This document shows positions 44,966 to 51,736 of a stretch of DNA of 51,736 bases, piece after piece. Where the stretch lies: positions 1 to 51,736 of the IMG/VR virus record IMGVR_UViG_3300043406_000030. The stretch is one strand, 5' to 3'. This DNA comes from a virus (Duplodnaviria; Caudoviricetes). Made by a program: the position numbers and the translations under genes. Numbering within the stretch: the first letter of the stretch is position 1; the number at the start of each line of letters is the position of its first letter. The notes beneath the pieces were generated by a model. The model did not search any database, was not told the origin of the DNA, and saw only the letters and a list, made by a program, of their open reading frames with translations.

Positions 44966-46663
44966 ATGGATATCAACCCGACGCAAGATTTTTCGCTGCT
45001 GACTGACGACGAGCTGCTTGCGTACACCAGCAATGTCCTTAACCTACAAGACAAGGACCGTAAAGAATTTGCACTACGATACTACAGCCCAACAAATCCT
45101 ACCGTGGGGAGAATCCACGATCTATGTTGCGGGACAATTGGAATCTTTGGCGGTAACGGTTCAGGAAAGACCGAGCACGCCCTTGTTGAAGGGATTATCC
45201 GATGTACCGGAATTGTCCCAGAGTCGCTGAAAGAAACGTATCCACGTACGAAGTTGCGCGGCCCTATCCAGATGCGCGTGGTCTGCGAATCGTTAACGAC
45301 TGTGTTGGAACCTATTATTTTACCGAAGCTCCAATACTGGCGATGGTCCGGGCTGCTGCCGCAAGGCGGAAGTCAAGGGCATTGGGGCTGGATTCCAAAA
45401 CACTGCCTCATCAACGGCGACTGGAAAAAGAGTTATAGTTCGAAGTTGCGCATTCTGACGGTGTTGTTTTACGACGAGGCAGGCAAGGTTGCCGGGCAAT
45501 CGACTATCCAGTTTATGTCGTATGACCAGGACGCCTCAGACTTTGCGTCAGGTGACTTGCAGTATTGTTTGCACGACGAACCGCCTAAGTACGACATCTG
45601 GAAAGAGAACCGGGCACGCATCATGCGAGGCGGACAGGGCTCGACAATGGTGTTGTCGATGACGTGGCCCGATAATCCTGCAACGCCTGTTGACTGGATT
45701 TTTGACGAAGTGTTTGACAAGGCTATCCCTGGCAAGCATCGTGACCCTGATGTTGAAGTGATTAACATCTTCAGCACGATGAACAAGCACCTTGACCAAG
45801 AGGAGATCACAAAGCGTGCCGCGCAGATGACGCTGACGGAACGCAATTCTCGCATATTCGGTATGCCGGTTCGATTTAGCAACCGTATTCATCCCGACTT
45901 TACCGATCAGGAAAAGTCGTGGTGTTACGAATGCGGTAAGATTGTGCTGCTCGACGTGGCCGGCAAGTGTGGAGATTGTCACAGCGAGTATGTGTCGCAA
46001 TACACGAACGTCGAACATTGCGAAGTCAATTCGCGCTATCCGGTTATCAACCTGCTTGACCCGCACCCTCGCAAACCGCATTTCTTAGCATGGGTGCAAG
46101 TCACGCCGAACGAAGACTATGAAGTCGTGGCAACTCGACAGGTTGAAGGTGGAGCAGAGGACGTGCGAGACGTTGTGAGAGAAGTTGAAGCCGACCTGCG
46201 GTGCGTGCAGGTTGTACGCATCATGGACCCAAACATGGGAGCCTCGCCTAGCGGCGCGAAGCGAGAGCTTACGTGGCAGCGCGAGTTCGACAACGTCGGC
46301 TTGCACTATGACCTTGGCGACGACAGCGGAGTCGGGCGGGCACGTTTGAATACGTTTATTAAACCTGACTCGCAGTTTATGCGGGCACGGTTTCGCATAG
46401 ACCCGTCGTGCGAAGACGCAATCTTTCAGATGAAGCGGTACGTGTGGAGCGACCACAAGAATGCTGAGAACAAAGATGTCGCGCAAACACCGCTGCAGAA
46501 GCATGACGACTTCCCGACGTTGTTTAAGTACTTAATGAATTACCTTCCCACGAGCGGGAACATGGCTCCGCCGACTGTCAAGAGACAACGAGTAGACAGC
46601 TCCTATAGGACGCACGAAAGGGCAACGCATGCTGGACGATATGCCGCACGAGCAGGACGCTGA
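44966..46663 (+). CDS. terL: Terminase large subunit
   Basis: Walker A GGNGSGKT, Walker B CLHDEPP, coupling SMTW, nuclease LDPH, C-terminal DD. Confidence 0.92.
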   Translation: MDINPTQDFSLLTDDELLAYTSNVLNLQDKDRKEFALRYYSPTNPTVGRIHDLCCGTIGIFGGNGSGKTEHALVEGIIRCTGIVPESLKETYPRTKLRGPIQMRVVCESLTTVLEPIILPKLQYWRWSGLLPQGGSQGHWGWIPKHCLINGDWKKSYSSKLRILTVLFYDEAGKVAGQSTIQFMSYDQDASDFASGDLQYCLHDEPPKYDIWKENRARIMRGGQGSTMVLSMTWPDNPATPVDWIFDEVFDKAIPGKHRDPDVEVINIFSTMNKHLDQEEITKRAAQMTLTERNSRIFGMPVRFSNRIHPDFTDQEKSWCYECGKIVLLDVAGKCGDCHSEYVSQYTNVEHCEVNSRYPVINLLDPHPRKPHFLAWVQVTPNEDYEVVATRQVEGGAEDVRDVVREVEADLRCVQVVRIMDPNMGASPSGAKRELTWQREFDNVGLHYDLGDDSGVGRARLNTFIKPDSQFMRARFRIDPSCEDAIFQMKRYVWSDHKNAENKDVAQTPLQKHDDFPTLFKYLMNYLPTSGNMAPPTVKRQRVDSSYRTHERATHAGRYAARAGR

Positions 46664-49115
46664 GTTACAGGCCCCTCAAGGGGCCGAAGACCTTGGCCCT
46701 CCTGTGTTTGAAGACGAGAAGCCAATCGGCGCGTCCATCAAGCCGCCACAACGACGCAAGACGCTTGTGAAAGCGGAAAACAAGCCCAAACTTGTCGGCG
46801 ATCTGCTGAAGCGGTATAACGACGACATTCAAGACAGAACCGAGTGGGCCGCAAATCGCATTCAGCGTGTTGCAAAGTACCGAGGCTGGCGCGAGATCAA
46901 GACGTACCCGTGGGACAACGCCAGCAACGCGCACTTGCCGATTATCATGACCGACGTACAGCGCACCGAAGACACGATGCACAACGCTGTCTTGTCTACG
47001 CGCCCTGTCATGAACTCGAAAGCGACCGACCGCAGTTTTGAAGAGAAGGAAAAGACGGTTGACAGCTTGCTGGATCATCAAGTCTTTGTTGAAAATGACG
47101 GCGAGAACCGCATCGGTAACTTGATATCTGCGTTTACGCAAGATGGTCAGTTCATCGCATACATCCCGTACATCAAAGAGAAGCAGAAGACAACCCGCGT
47201 CCACACGCTGCAGTTCCCTCCCGCGAAGGTGTCCTGGGACGAGTGGATTCTAAAAAAGATTCAAGAAATGTACCCGAAGGCGAGTATCTTGCCGGGCAAG
47301 AAAGCGCCGTGGGACTGGATCTTGCGTACAGAGAACGCGTTGACTGGCGAGATTGAGAAAAAGACTCTAACGGTCTACCAGGACAGCGACGACGACGATG
47401 TGCAGCTCGTGTGTCATGCGTCAGAAACAATCTTTGACGGACCGTCGTTGATACCGAAAGAACTTGAAGACATTGTGGTCCCGAGTCGCTGCGAGAACTT
47501 GCAGCCGCGCACGATGTCGAATCCGACTGGAGCGCCCCATGTCTTCATGGTTGATTATCCGACACGCGACGAGATACTTAAACTTATTGATTCAAAGTTT
47601 TATGACGAAGTTTCGGACGACGAGTTAGAAAAGATCAAAGGCGCCAGGCTGCCTCACGGCGACCCGCTCGACCCGCAGGCGCAAAAGATTCTGCAAGATG
47701 ACCTGACAGGAGTAGTCAACAACGACCGCTCCGACAGTGACGTAGACGTGTTCACGCGCCTGACCTTCTTCGGCTCTGCCGATCTGGACGGAGACGGCTT
47801 TGAAGAAGAAGTCGTGTACTGGCTGCTCGAAGAAGCGCAGGTGCTGCTTCGAGTGCGTTATCTGACTGAAGTATACCCGACCGCGACCATCAGGCGACCG
47901 TTTGCGATGGCGAAGTACATACCCGTCAACGGGCAGTTCTATGCAATAGGACTGATCGAGCTGATGGAGTCCGGGTACGACATCATCAAGAAGACGTTTG
48001 ACCAGATGGTTGACAGCGGAGACTTGACGAATACTCCGTGGGGGTTCTACCGCCCCATGTCTGGCATCAAGCCAGAGATCTTGCGCCCTGGTCCTGGCGA
48101 CTTGTTTCCAACGAATTCGCCAAAAGATGACGTGCATTATCCAACCATGCCGCAAGGGATGGCGAGCTTTGGGCACAACCTGATTGCGGTCGTGTCACAA
48201 ATTCTCGATCAAGCGACCCTCGTAGGACAGCTACAGCTTGGAGGGGTACCGCAGGGGAAATCCTCTGCGCTTCGAACGACCAGCAACATGCAATCGTTGC
48301 TTCAGCAAGGCGATGCTCGGCCAGAGCGTGTCCTGCGGCGTTTCTTCAACGGGCTTGTAGAAATATGGCAACAGTTCCACGAACTGAATCAGGTCTTCCT
48401 TCCAAAGGAAAAGCAGTTTCGCATAAGTACTGGAGCCTCGCCAGAAAAAGACCCGTATGTAAAAATACCGAACCGCGAGTACATCAGCGGACGGTTCATG
48501 TTCCAGTTTGGCGCGAGTATTCTGAACACCAACCGGGCACTTGCAACGGCGACGCTACAAGACTTGCTCGGCATCTTGGTCAATCCTCTGTTGTTCCAGA
48601 TGGGGATTGTGACGCCTGTGCATGTACACACGCTGTTGTCTGACACCATCAAGGCGCGCGGGCAAGACCCACTGAAGTACATTCAGTCGCCTACGATGGA
48701 CCCATTTGCGAATGGGCCGAAGATCTCAGTCGAAGACGCGATACACTCGATTATGAACGGCATGTATCCAGTCGGCTCGCCGATGGAGCCATTGCCAGAA
48801 CACTTGCAAAAACTGCAGGCGTTTGTGCTAGCACCCTCAAATCTCGATGTCTTCACGCCGCAACAAATACAGATGCTGGCGCAGTACGCGGCACAGCGAG
48901 TGCAGGAAATGCAGCAGATGCAAGAGCAGCAGATGATGCTGCAGAACGCGGCCGCGATGCAGCAGCAAGTTGGAGGCGGTCCAGGGCAACAAGCCGGGCA
49001 GCAAGTCGCGACAGGCACGCCTCCTAATCTTGGAGTTGGCGGTAACGCAAAAGTTGAAGGCAAGGAAATGATAGACGAAAGCCTGCCTGGTGCAGGAGGT
49101 GGAGCAAACCCGTGA
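46629..49115 (+). CDS. Portal protein (P22-like, long)
   Basis: 828 aa after TerL; PW..ASN..LP, PF.....P..GQFY..GL; Gln-rich C-terminal tail. Confidence 0.85.
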   Translation: MLDDMPHEQDAELQAPQGAEDLGPPVFEDEKPIGASIKPPQRRKTLVKAENKPKLVGDLLKRYNDDIQDRTEWAANRIQRVAKYRGWREIKTYPWDNASNAHLPIIMTDVQRTEDTMHNAVLSTRPVMNSKATDRSFEEKEKTVDSLLDHQVFVENDGENRIGNLISAFTQDGQFIAYIPYIKEKQKTTRVHTLQFPPAKVSWDEWILKKIQEMYPKASILPGKKAPWDWILRTENALTGEIEKKTLTVYQDSDDDDVQLVCHASETIFDGPSLIPKELEDIVVPSRCENLQPRTMSNPTGAPHVFMVDYPTRDEILKLIDSKFYDEVSDDELEKIKGARLPHGDPLDPQAQKILQDDLTGVVNNDRSDSDVDVFTRLTFFGSADLDGDGFEEEVVYWLLEEAQVLLRVRYLTEVYPTATIRRPFAMAKYIPVNGQFYAIGLIELMESGYDIIKKTFDQMVDSGDLTNTPWGFYRPMSGIKPEILRPGPGDLFPTNSPKDDVHYPTMPQGMASFGHNLIAVVSQILDQATLVGQLQLGGVPQGKSSALRTTSNMQSLLQQGDARPERVLRRFFNGLVEIWQQFHELNQVFLPKEKQFRISTGASPEKDPYVKIPNREYISGRFMFQFGASILNTNRALATATLQDLLGILVNPLLFQMGIVTPVHVHTLLSDTIKARGQDPLKYIQSPTMDPFANGPKISVEDAIHSIMNGMYPVGSPMEPLPEHLQKLQAFVLAPSNLDVFTPQQIQMLAQYAAQRVQEMQQMQEQQMMLQNAAAMQQQVGGGPGQQAGQQVATGTPPNLGVGGNAKVEGKEMIDESLPGAGGGANP

Positions 49116-49300
49116 CGAGACTCCCTGACAACATTGTCTGCAACGCCTGCGTGTCGATCATCGGCACCGTGACAGAGGTTGAAGACAAGAAGCGTGCCGG
49201 GTTCTTTACCAACGTCTGCAAGCCTAATCCGATGCCGGCAAAGTGTCCCACGTGCAAAGGCCCGCTTGTGCGCCTCAACATCAAACAGGAGGGTGCGTGA
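49112..49300 (+). CDS. Small zinc-ribbon protein
   Basis: CNAC...CPTC; coupled to the portal gene. Confidence 0.55.
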   Translation: MTRLPDNIVCNACVSIIGTVTEVEDKKRAGFFTNVCKPNPMPAKCPTCKGPLVRLNIKQEGA

Positions 49301-49650
49301 TTACGGAAAAGGATCATCAGCGATGGGCAGAAGCGATGGAAGCTGCCAAGAAGCGCCGCGAGGAAAAATCCAAGGAGCATTCGCCACTCCTTGAACAGAA
49401 AGAAAGCGCAAGCGCAACAACGGGTGACGAGAAATTCGACAAGTTGATACGCGCCTTAGAAGTTCGCAAAGAAGGGCTATCTGCCAAGCTTACGCAGGAA
49501 GCAGTTGCCGGCATGGACTGTATCCAAGACGAGGGCATCAGACTTCATCAAGCTATCTACTTTTACACGAAAGGACGACTGGACGAGAACAAAGAAATCG
49601 CAGAACTTCCAGCGCGCATTCTTGCAGAAGCCAAAAGCCAGTTAGTGTAA
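49297..49650 (+). CDS. Hypothetical helical protein
   Basis: GTG start coupled, GGAGG RBS; lies between portal and scaffold. Confidence 0.6.
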   Translation: MITEKDHQRWAEAMEAAKKRREEKSKEHSPLLEQKESASATTGDEKFDKLIRALEVRKEGLSAKLTQEAVAGMDCIQDEGIRLHQAIYFYTKGRLDENKEIAELPARILAEAKSQLV

Positions 49651-49663
49651 TCAGGGGCAATCC

Positions 49664-49696
49664 CTGCGGGTATCGTTCACACCCTAAGTGACGCAG
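49664..49696 (+). promoter_or_regulatory. Conserved leader motif, copy 2
   Basis: CTGC-GGGTATC-GTTCAC-ACCCTAA-GTGAC-GCAG abutting the scaffold RBS. Confidence 0.5.
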
Positions 49697-49698
49697 AG

Positions 49699-50559
49699 GT
49701 GTTTGTGGAAACCGAAACTCAACCAGAAGACGTGACTGTTCCCGACCCCGAGCTTGACGCGCCAAACACAGAGCTCGACGCCGCGCCGACTCTTGAACTT
49801 GAACCGCCAGCACCCGCGAAGCCGCCTCATCCGCTGCATCCCGGCGGGGTTCGATTTGAACAGATTTACGCACAGAGCAAGCAATACAAGCGAGACCTGG
49901 AGCACGAACGAGAATTGCGTGTTGCCGCAGAAGCGAAACTTTCGCAGACCGCGACGGCACAGACAAGCCCTGCCAATGCGCCTGCAGAATACACGTGGGA
50001 GCAGCTTGAAGGGTTCATTAAAGAAGGCCGCATTTCTCTGGCAGACGCCAACGCTCATCGAGAGCAGGTGCTGCTTCGCTCCTTAACAGCGAAAGTCAAA
50101 GACGAGTACCAAGCCGAGATCAAAACAACCACGCGTGTGCAGACGTTGACGAGTCAACTCAACGAGTATGTCGGCGCAATCCCTGCTATCCTGCAGGAGG
50201 ATTCGCCCGAGCGAGCGAGGTTGGATGCAGAGTTTGATTGGCTGGTATCTGTGCAAGACAGAAACCCGTCGAAAATGTCTGACGCTGAACGAAAGGCTCT
50301 CCAATTGACTGCTCTACGCAACGTCTATGGTCCCATCGACTCTGTCGCAAAGCAGAAGACTTCGCTTCGCACTGAAACGCAGCAAGAGCTTGTAGGCGGC
50401 TCGCCACCGCCGCGCAAGGTTCACCCTGACCAGGAACTGCTGAACAAGCTGACCCGACCGCAGATCGTACATTACGAAAAGATGTTTCGTGCAGGCCGGT
50501 ATCCTGGGAAGTGGAAAGATGTTGTGGAGGAGTTGAAGTTTACGCCGAAAGCGAGGTAG
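49699..50559 (+). CDS. Putative capsid scaffolding protein
   Basis: Acidic Pro-rich N-terminus, RF.QIY plus coiled coil; position between portal and capsid. Confidence 0.65.
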   Translation: MFVETETQPEDVTVPDPELDAPNTELDAAPTLELEPPAPAKPPHPLHPGGVRFEQIYAQSKQYKRDLEHERELRVAAEAKLSQTATAQTSPANAPAEYTWEQLEGFIKEGRISLADANAHREQVLLRSLTAKVKDEYQAEIKTTTRVQTLTSQLNEYVGAIPAILQEDSPERARLDAEFDWLVSVQDRNPSKMSDAERKALQLTALRNVYGPIDSVAKQKTSLRTETQQELVGGSPPPRKVHPDQELLNKLTRPQIVHYEKMFRAGRYPGKWKDVVEELKFTPKAR

Positions 50560-50562
50560 CCG

Positions 50563-50931
50563 ATGGCTGTCACCATCCTTGCAAAACGAGAATACACCAA
50601 GGCAGAAATCTCTTCCGCAATGGAAGCGCCAGGAAAGACGGTCGGCAGAACTGCAGGCTCGTGGGTGCATGACTTGTGCGCATTACGCAAGGTCATTACC
50701 CTGTGCCCGTTCTGCACGCACAAGTTTAACCCTGGACGCCTTGGGTATGTGAAAGAGAAAGAGTTTCCGGTTGTGCAAGCGAAGTGCGACGGGTGCAGCA
50801 CGTTTGATGTGAAATGTACCGCCTATTTCTTTGAAGAGACGTACAAGAGCGTCAGATCGACTGCGCACGAACGTGCCGCTGAGCGCACCGCGAATCGAAA
50901 CCGTGTGTTAAAACTACGACGGGATCATTGA
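50563..50931 (+). CDS. Zinc-binding protein
   Basis: GAGG RBS; CPFC...CDGC. Confidence 0.6.
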   Translation: MAVTILAKREYTKAEISSAMEAPGKTVGRTAGSWVHDLCALRKVITLCPFCTHKFNPGRLGYVKEKEFPVVQAKCDGCSTFDVKCTAYFFEETYKSVRSTAHERAAERTANRNRVLKLRRDH

Positions 50932-50977
50932 TCCACGGATACAAAGACGATCCGTCGATGCGTCTATAGGAGACATT

Positions 50978-51679
50978 ATGCAGTTAGCGTATCTTCTCGG
51001 TGGTGGAACTCCGACAATTAAGAAATACAAGATGGCAGCGGGCCACGCTGCCGGCATCGTAGTGCTCGTTCCTGCGGCTGGCGCCACGGGTCTTAGCACG
51101 TCAACGACAACCTCTTGGGCCGACGCGGTCGGTATGACATTGGACGCGATCCTGAGTTCAGGCGCGCCGGTGGCCTACAGCACAACCCAGGGTGCGGTTG
51201 AGCACATTCAATCAGTTATCATCAATCCTGACCTGGTCATGAAAGCCTTGCTTGTTGGGTCTGCTGCAAACGCGACCATTGAAGAGAGGACAGTCGGTAC
51301 TGCCTCTTCAAACGGTCTGACCGTGGTAGGCACGACTGGCGACTCTGATCCTTCTAGCCCTGATTTGGATGAAGGAACTGTTTGGTACGCTTCGGGCGCG
51401 AACGGCGGAGCCTCGCGGAAGATCACTTCTACCACGACAACTCTGACGATTACGGTTGTGATGCCTTTTGCGGCTAACCGTGTCGGCGACAAGTACCATG
51501 CGATCGACTACACTCCTGGCACCACAGGCGTCACGATGTCTACGGACTTGCTGAACGTGCGCGGCGACATTGCTGCGACCGGCGCTGCAGCCCGATGCGT
51601 CGATCTTCACCTCAACGGCAAGAGCAACAGTTTCCTTGAGTTGACGATTTCAGATCACGTGTTCGGAATGGCAACATAA
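50978..51679 (+). CDS. Putative capsid decoration/minor capsid protein
   Basis: AGGAG RBS; Thr/Gly/Ala rich; immediately upstream of the MCP. Confidence 0.6.
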   Translation: MQLAYLLGGGTPTIKKYKMAAGHAAGIVVLVPAAGATGLSTSTTTSWADAVGMTLDAILSSGAPVAYSTTQGAVEHIQSVIINPDLVMKALLVGSAANATIEERTVGTASSNGLTVVGTTGDSDPSSPDLDEGTVWYASGANGGASRKITSTTTTLTITVVMPFAANRVGDKYHAIDYTPGTTGVTMSTDLLNVRGDIAATGAAARCVDLHLNGKSNSFLELTISDHVFGMAT

Positions 51680-51736
51680 TTTAAGGAGTTTTCAATGTCA
51701 AGCGGTCCTTTTGATTCTGGTAGTTTTGGTGATCTT
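51510..51736. repeat. Terminal overlap, copy 2
   Basis: Matches 1-227 with one mismatch. Confidence 0.95.

Overview
A complete, circularly permuted tailed dsDNA bacteriophage genome. Bases 1-227 repeat at 51510-51736 with one mismatch, so the unique length is about 51,509 bp. The + strand arm (37.8 kb, through the origin, to 19.1 kb) is the late module: terminase, portal, scaffold, HK97-fold/Mu-gpT-like capsid, tRNA-Thr, podovirus-type adaptor/nozzle, two paralogous fibres and three putative ejection proteins. It also carries many beta-rich fibre/lectin/FN3 proteins, several with Sec-type signal peptides. The - strand arm (37.0 to 19.1 kb) holds small early genes behind duplicated sigma70 promoters, two sigma-like genes, and a replication/nucleotide module (TOPRIM primase, UDG-fused family A polymerase, acidic SSB-like protein, PD-(D/E)xK nuclease, helicase, endonuclease VII, metallophosphoesterase, dATP/dGTP diphosphohydrolase, NDT-like protein). 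I did not recognise an integrase, repressor, reverse transcriptase, CRISPR array or endolysin. The most unusual signals are: (i) a set of exported, Cys-paired proteins with recurring C-terminal tags, including FN3 strand stubs suggestive of donor-strand assembly; (ii) three tandem structured non-coding elements at 26.47-26.77 kb, two of them tRNA mimics, one with kissing loops and an encoded CCA; (iii) a covarying RNA-like motif upstream of two late genes; (iv) a duplicated phage-specific promoter-like element and a 15-bp-periodic TACGTA array at the early/late junction. All family assignments come from motif recognition by eye, not database searches.
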